Source: Flaccisagitta enflata (lineage: Eukaryota). Taken from it: DNA of 64,000 nucleotides. Both the position numbers and the translations under genes were made by a program. Below the pieces are notes generated by a model. The model saw nothing but the letters and a program-made list of their open reading frames with translations. It was not told the DNA's origin and searched no databases. The stretch is taken from positions 4,526,001 through 4,590,000 of the forward strand of contig OZ231126.1 in NCBI GenBank assembly GCA_965153355.1, written 5' to 3'. Below, one piece after another: positions 15,321 through 26,831 of the stretch (position 1 is its first letter; each line of letters opens with the position of its first letter).

Positions 15321-15406
<86 letters not shown>

Positions 15407-16780
15407 TACAGCTATGAAAAAAGACAGAATGAGGGGGGTCGAGTAATAAATATTAGGGAGGAGGAAAGCCTGCAGGAAGTCCTTAGAATTCTCCACATCA
15501 ATTCATTTATGATGTCTAGGAATACAAAGTATGAATTACAAGTTCTAGTAATAGGCAGAAAGCTGGCAATAAGACAGTGATGTAGGCAGATGTGGCAGAA
15601 AGACAGTGAAGCAGACAGAAATGGCAATAAGACAGTCAGTAATGCAGGCAGTCTTGGCAATATGATAGTCAGTGATGCAGGCAGACATGACAATATGGCA
15701 GTCAGTGACGCAGACACACACAGCAAAAAGGCAGTCAGTGACGCAGTTAGACACAACAATAAGATAGTGATGCAGGAAGACATTGCAATATGACTGTCAT
15801 GCAAGCAGACATGGCAATAAGATCGTCAATGATGCAAGGAGACCTGGCAATATGGTAATCAGTGATGCAGGCAGACATTGCAAAAAGGCAGTCAGTGATG
15901 CAGACAGACATGGCAATACGACTGAACTGCAAGCAGACATGACAACAAGGCAAGACAGTCAGTGATCCAGGCAGACTTGGCAATAAGGCAGTCAGTGATG
16001 CAGACAGACATGGCAATAAGGCAGTCAGTGATGCAGACAGACATGGCAATGTGATAGTCAGTGATTTAGTCAGACATGGCAATAAGACAGTCAGTGGTGC
16101 AAGCAGACATGGCAATAAGATAGCAATGCAGGCAGACATAGCAATTAGATTGTCAGTAATGCTGGCAAACATGGCAATTAGACTGTAATGTGGGCAGATA
16201 TGGTAATAGGACAGTAATGTAGGCAGACATAGCAATAAGATAGTGATACAAGCAGACATGGCAATAAGATATTCAGAAATACTGGCAGACAGTCAGAGAT
16301 CCAAGCAGACATGCACATGGCAATGATATAGTCAGTGATGCAGGCAGACCTGTCAACCATATTTTTCAGCCACTTTTTTGACCACTTTCTCAAGCACTTT
16401 TTCGACCACTTTATGACCACTTTTTCAACTACTTTTTCAACCACTTTTTTAACCACCTTCTTAACCACCCTTTCAACCACCTTTTGAACCACTTTTTTGA
16501 CCACTTTTTTTACTTCCCTTCCAACCACTTTTTTACTTCTTTTCCAACCACTTTTTCAACCACTTCTTCCGAACCAATTTTTCAACCACTTTTTCAACTC
16601 ACCTTTGCCATTCAGTTGTTCCGTATGATGGGTGAAATTCCTCAGCGGCGGAAGCATCGGCGTTCGGATATCAACCGCGTCCGCTTCCGCGTCCGCGTCC
16701 GTTTCGTCGCTTCCGCATCTCTTACTTCCGCCGCGTCGCTTTTTCTTCCCTCTGCGCGTCGTCGTAAAAGCATCGTCGTT

Positions 16781-16811
<31 letters not shown>

Positions 16812-19800
16812 ACGTCGTGGCTGTTTACCGCGGCGTTTTTTGGCGTTACGACGCCCTCGCTGCCGCCGCTGCCACCGGCGCCGCCACAGCCGCGGCAGGA
16901 GCCGGCACCGGCGCTGGCCTCGCCGCCGCAGCGCAGCGAAGTTGCTGCTGCTGCTGCTGCCGCCGCTGAGAAAAAAAAAAAGAGACAAAGATTGAGATTT
17001 ATGACTCAGGATGAGTGATTTATTACAAAGTACAAATGCAGGGAAAAAAAGCGGCCGCAGTTTTAGCCACACGCAAAATCACACGAAAGTACATGTAATG
17101 GAAACGAAAAGGTGAATAATTTTGTACAAATGTGTATTTACACAGAATAACAAACAGAACACAGACCAGCATGATCACACTCAAAACAAACGAATCCAAC
17201 AATTATGTTCAGGCAAATAATAGTACAAAGAGAAAAACATTTGCATGCATAAAAGCACAGAGCACGAAGTGACCTTTTCTATCACAGCCCCTGCTCATTC
17301 GCACGCGACTTGGGCAGCCGTGCATCCTTGTCAACTGGAACTTACCATGTACTGCAACTGCTGCTGATTCCGCACTGGGTAATCTTAGGTAAGATCAAAC
17401 CCCGGGAGTTGCTCAGGATTGACACGGAGTTGAACCCCGAGTAACCTCACGTCTACCTTGAGCATTATATGTGCTCGCGGTTGCTTAGGGTTGACTCGGG
17501 GTTGAACCCCAAGCGACCCAAAGCAATCCCAGGGGTTTAATCTCATGTTTTTCTAATACAAGTTACATAGTGTGCCGCAGATTCAAGTGTATTTGTTACT
17601 TACCATGTGCTGCAACTGCTGCTGCTGCCCCAGGATCAGATGAATCTGTTACTTACCATGTGCTGCTGCTGCTGCCCCAGGTTCAGATGAATTTGTTATT
17701 TACCATGTGCTGCTGCTGCTGCTGCCCCAGGTTCAGATGAATTTGTTACTTACCATGTGCTGCTGCTGCTGCTGCTGCTGCAGATGGAGGTGGATTTGCA
17801 GCATCGTAGAAAGCTGGAAGCGGAGTGTTGTAAAATGCGGCCAGTTGGTGAGAAGTCAAACGCGAAGAACAAAATTCCGAATAAATGCCACCTGATAATT
17901 AGATTGATAAATGAATTAAATGAATTAAATGAAAAAAATGAGTAATAGATGAATAGGATATCTTGATAGGGACCTCTTTTAGGGCCCCCTAAGGAAATCC
18001 TTTTATTTTCTTTGTTAATTTCAAATCAACCATAAAAAAAGGTTCCCATCAAGCTAGAAAGCTGTGCATTGGCTTGTTTGAAGTAGAATCGTGAGCAAAG
18101 TCCCGGGATGCAATCGGCGTATTGTAGAGTTGTGCGGACAAGGATTCTTCGACATTTTCCACTTTGAATTTGCCGCAAATGTTGAAGCAGCTTTTACAGA
18201 GAAGTTCTCCAAAAACAAGGCCGGATACACGGCTACCCCAGTCGCGTGCGGGTGGGCAGGGGCCGTGTTTGAGGTCATTTGATCACTTGGGCAGGAGCAG
18301 TGAGGCCATAGACCCAAAAAAAAACAAAACAAAAAAAGTAAAGAATGGTGGACAGACGGACCGACGGACGGACGAACCGACAAAGCGGGGTGTAGAGTCA
18401 AGTAGCACGCGACTAAAAAGAGCAACGACTGTAAAATGGAAACGGTAACCTTCAGCCGTAAAATTTCCATCATAGAATCAACAACTTTTTTACCGAAAAA
18501 TCCCTGGGAGGACTTCCATCACTTCGCGCAGTGCTCAGGAGAGGCAAATAAATGGGTCTACCTAAAAAAATTATTGCTTTCCCCTCTAAAAAATTGCTGT
18601 GTTTTACGTAGATGATGATACCCACCCCACATTCAGTGACTTTTAAAAAATGCTTAAAACCCATTTTCCTTTGCTATGTACAAAAATTTCTATTTAGCCA
18701 TAATAACTTTTTTTCATTAATCATTCCAAAATAACTAGCAGGTTAGACTAAGCTGGGACGCGCTATGAATTGCAAAGTTACTTTTTCTTAGCATAAAATC
18801 ATATAGAATGTTTAGCCATATTCTCTCTTTTCAACAACATACTGAGGAATTGGGTTTTTTATACATATTGGGGGGGACCGATATCAACCAATTTTGGAAA
18901 TGCCAATCAGACATGACCAAGCCATGCGCAATAACAAATATACATAATACATAATATGTGGAAGGAAAGTTCATGGGACTTCATCTTTTACAGTCGTGCC
19001 ACCACAACCTTTCCCATAGTAATATTTAGGAATTTCCTCTCCCTCTTTCTTCTACCTATTCATAACAACTTAAATGAAGGGTGTGGCACAACTGAAAATG
19101 ACGTAGTCCGACCCCTTTTTGGGCAGCGACCCCGAAGGGGACAAAATCCTGTAGAACACAGGGGACTTTCGTTTGTTCATTCGTTTGTCCATTCGTGCGA
19201 CCCCCCCAGGCCCTCTCAGGCCTGAAATCTGCCCTCTCAGGCCTAAAATCTGCCTTCTCAGGCCTGAAATCTGCCCTCTTAGGCCTTGAATCTGCCCTCT
19301 TAGGCCTTGAATCTGCCCTCTCAGGCCTGAAATTTGGCCTTTCAGGCCTGAAACCTGTCCTCAGGCATTGAATCTGCCCTTTCAGGCCTGAAATCTACCT
19401 TCTCAGATTCAAGGCCTGAGAGGGCAGATTTCAGGCCTGAGAGGGCAGATTTTAAGCCTGAGAGGACAGATTTCAGGCCTGAGAGGGTCTGGGGGGGCGG
19501 ACGGACAAACGAACAAACGAAAGTCCCCTGTGTTCTACAGGACTTTGTCCCCTTCGGGGCCGCTGCCCTGCCTCTCATTCCGATTTACAACCATGCAAAG
19601 CAGGGCAACGGGTATCGCTGACCACGTAGTGCCCTTGGGCGACCTGTTCCTTTTACATGTGATCATATTGTATGATTGTGCACACTTTGGTCATAAGTCC
19701 GAGTGGCGATTCCAAAATAGGTTGATATCAGTCCCCCAATATCCCCCAATATCCCCCAATATCAGTCCTCCAATAAATATCTAGTCTCTGACTGTATCCA

Positions 19801-21697
19801 TACTTTTCAGTGGCATAGTGTGATAGTTTTGTTTCCCATGTATGATAGGTGTCTGACTGTAACTACACTTTTCTGTGGCATACTGTGATAGTTTGATTGT
19901 CCAATGTCCATGAATGTGAGGTGTCTGCTCTCATTCATCATTTTCTGTGTACTGTGGAAATTGGTATTCCGTGTTGCCTTTTTTATGGCTCGCAGACCGA
20001 AACGTTTTTGGCAATAAAACAATATGATGCCAACATGACATTCCCAAAAGTGCTATAGGGTCAAACAAGCCCATTTCCATCTCACCCCCCCATTCCTATG
20101 CCATATTCCCATTTCCATGCCCCCCCTACGCCAATATAATATTCCCAAAAGTGCTTTAGGGTCAAACAAGCCCTTTTTGGGCAGCGGCCTCGAAGGGGCC
20201 GATGACCTATGCTTCCACACATAGGGGAAATTTCTCCTTCTCCTTCTCCTTCTTCTTCTTCTTCCTCTTCTCCTTCTCCGTCCCCCCCCCTCGATGCCCA
20301 AATCCTAGCCTCGGGGCTCAAATCCCAGCCTTGAGGCTCAAATCCCAGCCTCTAAGCTCAAATCCCAGCCTTGGGGCTCAGGTCTTAGCTTTGAGGCTCA
20401 AATCCCAGCTTCGAGCCTCAAATCCCAGTCTCGAGGCTCAAATCCCAGTCTTGAGGCTTAAATCCCAGCCTCAAGGCTTAAATCCCAGCCTCAAGGCTTT
20501 AATCCCAGCCTCGAGGCTCAAATCCCAGCTTCGAGGCTCAAATCCCAGCCTTGAGGATCGAATCCTAATCTTGAGGCCCAAATCCTAGCCTCAAGGCTCA
20601 AATCCCAGCCTTTGGGCTCATATCTCGGCCTCAGTGCTCAAATCCCAGCCTCGAGGCTCAAATCCCAGCCTCGAGGCGCAAATCCCAGCCTCAAGGCCCC
20701 ATTCCAGCCTTGAGGCTCGAATAAAAACAGCATAGGTCATCGGCCTCTTTGGGGCCGCTGACCTCTAACCACCTCACACCCACATACACTCACTAAGGGG
20801 CAACGGGTACCGCTGACCATCTAACACTTTTGCGACTATTTCATCTCCCCCCACCCCCCCATTCCCATGCCTTATTCCCATTTCCATGCCCTCGCCCTAC
20901 GCCAATATGATATTCTCAATAGTGTTTTAGGGTCAGATAACCCTATTTCCATGTCCCCTCCCATTCCCGTAGCCCCCCCCCTGGTTAGCATGATATTCCC
21001 ACGAGTGTTTTAGGGCCCACTAGCAACTCTCGCGTTTCTTTCAGCCAAGATGGTAATAACTAGTCCCATTAACTACATCCGGTTCTATGCCTCATTTCGT
21101 TCCAATAATGATTTACCTTTTCCAGATAACATACCCGCGTGCATAAGATGGGGAGCAGCTACGGAGTTGCCAAAATGAATGCCAGGTCCATAGGCTGAGG
21201 GGTGACTTCCCCCGTGCTGAGAATACATTGGATGAGGATAGTACCCCAAGGGGGGCATCGGAGCCGGGAAACACCTGAAAACAAGATTATGGGCGTGGTT
21301 TTAGTGGATGAAAGACGCGTTGGTTCCTGTGAAACACGTTCACAGCATGAACACATATTTAAGAATTTCAACTGTCCCACTAGGGAGTGAGCGAAGTGAG
21401 TGAGCCTGTGAATGGAGCGAGCGAGCGATGCAAGCATAGCGAAGCGCTGCAGAGCAAGTGAGCGGTGCGAGCGAATGAATGTAGCAAGCGACGGAGTGGC
21501 CCATTCAAAACGCGATTGTCTGACTAACAACTCCCCTTAATGCAACACAATTTGCCATAAAGATATATTGAAACAGTAATCTAACAGTGATAATCGCATG
21601 CTCACTGCTCAGCAGGGGCGTAGGAGAAGGTACTGCCACTACTACCATGGCAGTACATTTTGTCAGGACACCAAAGATGTCGGGACACTAATTTTGT

Positions 21698-21731
<34 letters not shown>

Positions 21732-24700
21732 GAGAACGGACAGACAGACATAACAGACAGACAAAAATAATAGAGAGACAGAGAGACAAAGAAAAAGAGA
21801 CACTGAAATAGAGGTAAAATGAAAAACTGAAAAAGTTGAAAGAAGAAGAAAAAAATCAAACAAAACAGAAAAACAAAAAGGAAGGAAAAAAAAGAGAGAA
21901 AAAAAAACAATTCATTAATAAAAAGAAATAAAATAAATAGTTGATGAATCTGCAAGATAAGTTGATGCAAGAATGAGTCTTCTCTGTCACAGGTTTAGGT
22001 CATTATAGAAACTATCATAAAATATTGATAATAAAAAAAAATTTGCTTACTAATCAACAACAAATAGTGTATAACCATTAGCTTGTACCTAAATGACTAA
22101 AAGCAATAAAATCAGAATTCTACAAGTAGTTCTTGTTGTGGGGCTGTCTTGGGCTTCTAATGGCATCAATTTTGGTCTGAAAAATTTGCATCTTGCTGTC
22201 CGCGCCTTACCTTGAATTTTCCTTCAGCCTATGGGAAACCAAAAATTTCAAAGTGCTTAAATCTCTGTTTTGACAGCAAAATGATGTCATTGGAAGCCCA
22301 AGACAGCCCCACAATAAGAACTACTTGTGGAGTTCAGATTTTATTGTTTATTGTCATTTCAGTACAAGCTAATAACCATAGTATGAAAGGAATCATTGTT
22401 TTCTTTATTTTTAGGGCAGAGACCACTAGTGTAGCTCCTGTTGGGACACTTAACTTGTCGGGACACCAATTTTGGGTGGAAGTAGTAAAATAACCAACTG
22501 CCCTACGCCCCTGCTGCTCAGGAAAACAATCAATGATAACTTTATTGATAACACCTTCATTTTCCAAGCATGAACTGTTTTGAAAAGATTTGTCATGGAC
22601 TTTATTCAATAACATCAAGAAAATTTAAAGAAAAGGTCATTAGACTTTCAAAAAAAGTCAGGCAGACAGACAGACAAACATTTTTTTCAAAAAGACATTT
22701 GAAATGGCTCTTTACTACTTTAAGTAGCTTCTCCGCTATTCTTAAGACAAAAATATGCGATAACAAGCCTTGGTTACGGACCGACGGACCAACCAAAAAG
22801 TGGCTTCTAAAGTCGCGTAGCACGCGACTAAAAAGAAGGCTGCGTAACAGAAAAACGCGTTAACATCGTTGAAAACACGCCAAGTATGTGTTCACGCTGT
22901 AATCGCGATTAACAAGATTTATCGGAATCATCATCGTCAGTGGAAACACGCTCTTACTTATTTCTGAGTAGGAACAGAATTCCGCAAAGGACGATGCAGA
23001 CGAGTCCGATGGAGACTCCGATGGCAATGCCAACTTCTTGACCGTATCCTTGAGGCGTCGGAGGACCAAAGCCGATAGGTGTCACAGTCGTCCTTGGAGG
23101 GTCCGTCACCAACGGTTCTGTAAAAGTACAAGTAGTGGTATTTTATTACCTCAATTGCCTGACTTGTCTGAAGAGGAATGATAAACAGTAACTGATAGAG
23201 CAATATGGTTCTGTCCATTTCATCTAACAAATTGTCACTAATTCTCTCTACTATGATACTATCTCAAACTATTTCCGTCTGTTAGTCTATCTGTCAGTCA
23301 GTCTGTCTGTCTCGCTGTCTCGCTGTCTCTCTCTCTTTCTCTCTCTGCATTATTGTTAGAGGCCCACTACATCCATGGCAAGCAAAAAATCATTCAGTCA
23401 AACTGAGCTACTGTCAGGGGCGCACAACCTCCAACGCAAGCAATAAATCAATCAATCAAACTGACCTATCATAGAGGCACACTACATCCAATACAAGCAA
23501 CAAATCAATCAATCAAACTCACCTATTGTTAAAGGTGCACTACATCCAATGCAAGCAATGAATCAATCAATCATACTGACCTATTGTTATAGGCGCACTT
23601 CATCCAATGCCAGCAATAAATCAATCAATCATACTGACCTATTGTTAGAGGCGCACTACATCCAATGCAAGCGATAAATCAATCAATCATACTGACCTAT
23701 TGTTATAGGCGCACTACATCCAATGCAAGCAATAAATCACTCAATCATACTGACCTATTGTTAGAGGCGCACTACATCCAATGCAAGCGATAAATCAATC
23801 AATCATACTGACCTATTGTTAGAGGCGCACTACATCCAATGCAAGCAATAAATCAATCAATCATACTGACCTATTGTTAGAGGCGCACTTCATCCAATGC
23901 CAGCAATAAATCAATCAATCATACTGACCTATTGATAGAGGCGCACTACATCCAATGCAAGCGATAAATCAATCAATTATACTGACCTATTGTTAGAGGC
24001 GCACTACATCCAATGCCCGCAATAAATCAATCAATCATACTGACCTATTGTTAGAGGCGCACTACATCCAATGCAAGCGATAAATCAATCAATCATACTG
24101 ACCTATTGTTAGAGGCGCACTTCATCCAATGCCAGCAATAAATCAATCAATCATACTGACCTATTGTTAGAGGGGCACTTCATCCAATGCCAGCAATAAA
24201 TCAATCAATCATACTGACCTATTGTTAGAGGCGCACTACATCCAATGCAAGCGATAAATCAATCAATCATACTGACCTATTGTTAGAGGCCCACAACATC
24301 CAATGCAAGCGATAAATCAATCATACCGACCTATTGTTAGAGGTGCACTACATCCAATGCAAGCAATAAATCAATCAATCATACTGACCTATTGTTACAG
24401 GCGCACTTCATCCACTGCAAGCAATAAATCAATCAATCATACTGACCTATTGTTAGAGGCGCACTAAATCCAATGCAAGCAATAAATCAATCAATCATAC
24501 TGACCTATTGTTAGAGGCGCACTACATCCAATGCAAGCTATAAATCAATCAATCATACTGACCTATTGTTAGAGGCGCACTACATCCAATGCAAGCGATA
24601 AATCAATCAATCATACTGACCTATTGTTAGAGGCGCACTACATCCAATACAGGCGGTATGAAAGACATGTGAGTCATTTTGTGACACGCCGGCGCTGTTG

Positions 24701-25536
24701 TAAGCCTTGACCACAAACAAGTAGTACTCCCCAGTCTGAAAAAAAAACAATGAATGAATGAATGAATGAGTGAATAAATAAATGAATGAATGAATGAATG
24801 AACAAATGAACAAATGAATAAATGAATAAATGAATGAATGAATGTTGTAAACCTTGACCACCGACAGGTAGTACTCCCCAGTCTGAAAAAAAAAACAATG
24901 AATGAATGAATGAATGAATGAATGAATGAATGAATGAATTATTGAACAAATGAATGAATTAATCAATGTTGCAACCCTTGACCGCAAACAAGTAGTAACC
25001 CCTACTCTGAAAAAAAAACAAAGAATGAATGAATGAATGAAATATCAATGAATGAATGAATGAATGAATGAATGAACTTCCTAGTCTGAAAAAAAAAACA
25101 ATTTATGAAGTGATGAATACCAAAAACATGCCAAAAAAACACATGAAGTCAGTTCAAATGTTGGCATCAAATACTCAAAACTAACGAAAGAGATAGTTTT
25201 TGTATGAGTAAACTGATTTATGAATTGATGAATGAGTGATTGAAAGAATGAACGAATTCTTAAAAAAGATGAAACAATGAATTAATGAATCAATCATTGA
25301 AATAGATATGCAAATTCGAAGACGAAATGATGAATGATTGAAAGAATGAATGAATCAATTACTGAATTAATGAGTGCGTGAATGTAAAAATGAATTGCTA
25401 ATCAGACTTACATCAAGATCAGTGATGACTGTATCTGTAGACGGTCCTGGAACTCTCTTCTCCAGCCACTTTACATTGGGTCCTGCAGGAAGTGCTTGTT
25501 TCTTCCGCTGCGGAGGAATAATCGGAAACCCCTCGC
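1..25536 (-). CDS. Multi-exon gene A (3' part): single-pass FN3-domain receptor, protogenin/DCC-neogenin family-like; exons 25412-25536, 24621-24735, 22958-23117, 21117-21274, 17754-17891, 16603-16965, 6418-6556, 5266-5580, 2812-4151, <1-1286
   Basis: All ten exons have GT/AG boundaries and splice in frame (phases 0,1,2,1,1,1,2,2,1). The product has an FN3 C-terminal half ([38 protein letters not shown]), a TM helix ([26 protein letters not shown]) and a TPML...LNGKG cytoplasmic motif recalling the protogenin PM...DAKGG motif. The family assignment is by recalled similarity, not a search. Confidence 0.75.
1995..2532. repeat. (AAGGCA/AAGGAA)n hexamer satellite (mirror 30540-31078)
   Basis: Direct reading; intronic. 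Confidence 0.95.
2812..4151 (-). CDS. Gene A large Q/H/A/D-rich exon
   Basis: CTTCTTACAG acceptor, ACG|GTATGC donor, inside the 561-aa ORF; frame preserved between the two copies. Confidence 0.85.
4154..4900 (-). repeat. About 48 bp minisatellite abutting the acceptor of exon 2812-4151 (mirror copy at about 28105-28735)
   Basis: Units TTTAACCAGCCCTTACAGTYGGTATCTGTTTC, each carrying CTTACAG like the real acceptor. Confidence 0.9.
5266..5580 (-). CDS. Gene A low-complexity exon ([18 protein letters not shown]...[10 protein letters not shown])
   Basis: TTTTCCGCAG acceptor, CG|GTGAGC donor; frame preserved in the inverted copy (net 3-nt indel). Confidence 0.85.
5816..6246. mobile_element. Non-autonomous hAT-like element (mirror copy 26713-27151)
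   Basis: 8-bp TSD GGTGTGAA; TIR CAGGGGCGTATTTGA / TCAAATACGCCCCTG. Confidence 0.9.
6418..6556 (-). CDS. Gene A cytoplasmic exon ([45 protein letters not shown])
   Basis: TCTTTCAG acceptor, GAG|GTACAA donor, 139 nt phase 1 to 2 matching the flanking exons. Confidence 0.75.
8267..12118. mobile_element. 3.85-kb non-autonomous DNA transposon, 4-bp TSD CTAA, GACGG termini (Kolobok/Sola-like)
   Basis: CTAA|GACGG...CCGTC|CTAA with an imperfect 25-bp TIR; splits a HINE-like element whose halves (8240-8266, 12119-12290) rejoin. Confidence 0.75.
12565..12965. repeat. About 66 bp minisatellite x6
   Basis: CCCAGTTTTAGCTTCCATTGTCCTTCCCCTCGAA... repeated. Confidence 0.92.
13088..13345. mobile_element. 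PIF/Harbinger-type MITE (second, inverted copy at about 21291-21536)
   Basis: TTA|GGGTGAGTTTCTAGT ... ACTAGAAACACGCCC|TTA; internal (CGCT)-rich core shared by both copies. Confidence 0.8.
13510..13722. mobile_element. TA-TSD MITE (CYATCTAGCTCA TIR)
   Basis: TA|CTATCTAGCTCATA ... TTTGAGCTAGATGG|TA. Confidence 0.8.
13895..14070. mobile_element. Tc1/mariner-type MITE (CAGTTGAACCCCGC TIR, TA TSD)
   Basis: TA|CAGTTGAACCCCGC ... GCGGGGTTCAACTG|TA. Confidence 0.88.
15575..16600. repeat. Degenerate ~33 bp minisatellite followed by a 12-bp (CCACTTTTTCAA)n array abutting the donor at 16601
   Basis: CAGTCAGTGATGCAGACAGACATGGCAATAAG units; 12-mer units 16355-16600. Confidence 0.9.
16603..16965 (-). 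CDS. Gene A cytoplasmic exon (poly-A/G/D tracts, ends ...[23 protein letters not shown])
   Basis: T-tract+CTCAG acceptor, AAG|GTGAGT donor, 363 nt GC-rich island, open phase 1 to 1. Confidence 0.85.
17590..17753 (-). repeat. Splice-donor tandem array, about 50 bp unit x3 (fourth degenerate copy near 17340)
   Basis: GCAGCAGCACATG|GTAAGTAAC reiterated. Confidence 0.9.
17754..17891 (-). CDS. Gene A cytoplasmic exon ([45 protein letters not shown])
   Basis: TATCAG acceptor, ATG|GTAAGT donor, 138 nt phase 1 to 1, open frame. Confidence 0.8.
18214..18418 (-). mobile_element. DINE-1/HINE-like family 1; related copies at about 5008-5205, 9406-9592, 10420-10648, 14220-14530, 27760-27985, 38774-39143, 43480-43688, 47933-48132, 52094-52330
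   Basis: TTTTAGTCGCGT..ACGCGACTCTA hairpin end, (GTCC)n microsatellite, CTTGTT other end, no TSD. Confidence 0.75.
21117..21274 (-). CDS. Gene A juxtamembrane cytoplasmic exon ([52 protein letters not shown])
   Basis: TTGTTTTCAG acceptor, AAG|GTAAAT donor (an alternative in-phase G|GTATGT donor lies 18 nt earlier); open in the required phase. Confidence 0.8.
21613..22513. mobile_element. Non-autonomous hAT-like element with a nested palindromic MITE (about 22070-22380)
   Basis: 8-bp TSD CTGCTCAG; TIR CAGGGGCGTAGG / CCTACGCCCCTG. Confidence 0.9.
22958..23117 (-). CDS. Gene A transmembrane exon ([52 protein letters not shown])
   Basis: TTTTACAG acceptor, GTAAGA donor, 160 nt phase 1 to 2; 23-residue hydrophobic stretch followed by basic residues; frame not reported in the ORF track. 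Confidence 0.9.
23350..24620 (-). repeat. Splice-donor tandem array, 58 bp unit, about 22 copies
   Basis: Unit = last 28 nt of exon 24621-24735 + GTCAGT donor + intron start. Confidence 0.97.
24621..24735 (-). CDS. Gene A exon, FN3 C-terminus ([38 protein letters not shown])
   Basis: TTTTTTTTCAG acceptor, G|GTCAGT donor; Y-x-F-x-V-x-A-x-N-x-x-G FN3 signature. Confidence 0.9.
25412..25536 (-). CDS. Gene A exon, FN3 domain part ([41 protein letters not shown])
   Basis: TTCACAG acceptor, GTAAGT donor, 125 nt, open frame joining phase 0 to the next exon. Confidence 0.85.
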
Positions 25537-26260
25537 CTGTGAATGAAGAGTTTAAATTATTCATTAAATGAACAACCCCTCGCCTGTGAATGAAGTGTTT
25601 AAATCATTCATTAAATGAACAACCCCTCGCCTGTGAATGAAGTGTTTAAATCATTCATTAAATGAAGAACCCCTCGCCTGTGAATGAGGTGTTTAAATCA
25701 TTCATTAAATGAACAACCCTTCGCCTGTGAATGAAGTGTTTAAATCATTCATTAAATGAACAACCCCTCGCCTATGAAAGAAGTGAATAAATTATTCTTT
25801 CATTTAAAAATTAACACCCCGTGATTGCCTGTGAAAGAAGTGAATGAATAATTCATTCAATGAACACCTTTGGCTCGCCTATGAAAAAAGTGAATTTATA
25901 ATTCACTAAATGAGCATCCGGGCTCGCCTGTGAAAGAAATGTTAAAATTATTCATTAAATGAACACCCCCAGGTTTGCCTGTGAAAGAAGTGAATGCATA
26001 ATTCATTAAATGAAAACCCCAGGCTTGCCTGTGAAAGAAGTGAATGAATAATTCATTAAATAAACACCCCTGGCTCGCCTGTGAAAGAAGTGTTTAAATC
26101 ATTCATTAATTGAACACCCCTGGCATGCCTGTTAAAGAAGTGAATAAATCATTCATTAGATGAATACCGGGGCTCGCCTGAGAAAGAACTGAATAAATCA
26201 TTCATTAAATGAACACCCCAGGCTCGCTTGTGAAAGAAGTAAATGAATCATTCATGGAAT
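25537..26260 (-). repeat. Splice-acceptor tandem array, 47-50 bp unit, about 14 extra copies
   Basis: Unit contains TTCACAG|GCGAGGGGTT matching the acceptor and start of exon 25412-25536. Confidence 0.95.
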
Positions 26261-26518
26261 TAACATCCTGATGATATACAAAGTTCTATGAGCGCCGTAA
26301 TAATCAAAAGGTTTATAAAGTTGTAAGAGTTGTAAGAGTGGCTTACTAATCGAAAGTTATATAACTGTCCAATAACTACAAAGTTCCATGACTGCCTTCC
26401 CGTTAAAAAGTAAAATAGATGCATCACTTTTAGTAAGGTTTAATGAGTGTCTTACAAATTAAAATTCATATAACTGTCAGTCTGTCACACTATTTCTATT
26501 ATTGTTACTATTGATTGG

Positions 26519-26551
26519 NNNNNNNNNNNNNNNNNNNNNNNNNNNNNNNNN
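26519..26551. other. Assembly gap (33 N)
   Basis: Run of N. Confidence 1.
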
Positions 26552-26748
26552 TCTTCTTAAATCATCAATGTGTGAAATGTGATGATTGATGATTTCTTGT
26601 TCTGTTGTTACTCCCTAGCCCAGAAGTTAAACGCTCTATTTTGCAAAGCATCTATATAAGATGGTTTGTCACTTGACAGGTCTGTCTGTCTTCATGTAGG
26701 GACATTCACACCCAGGGGCGTATTTGACGGGGCGTCAGGGGCAGCAGC

Positions 26749-26831
<83 letters not shown>

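Noticed and set aside
23350-24620. CRISPR-like regular array
   Set aside because: Units are contiguous near-identical tandem repeats with no unique spacers, in a eukaryotic intron with no cas genes.
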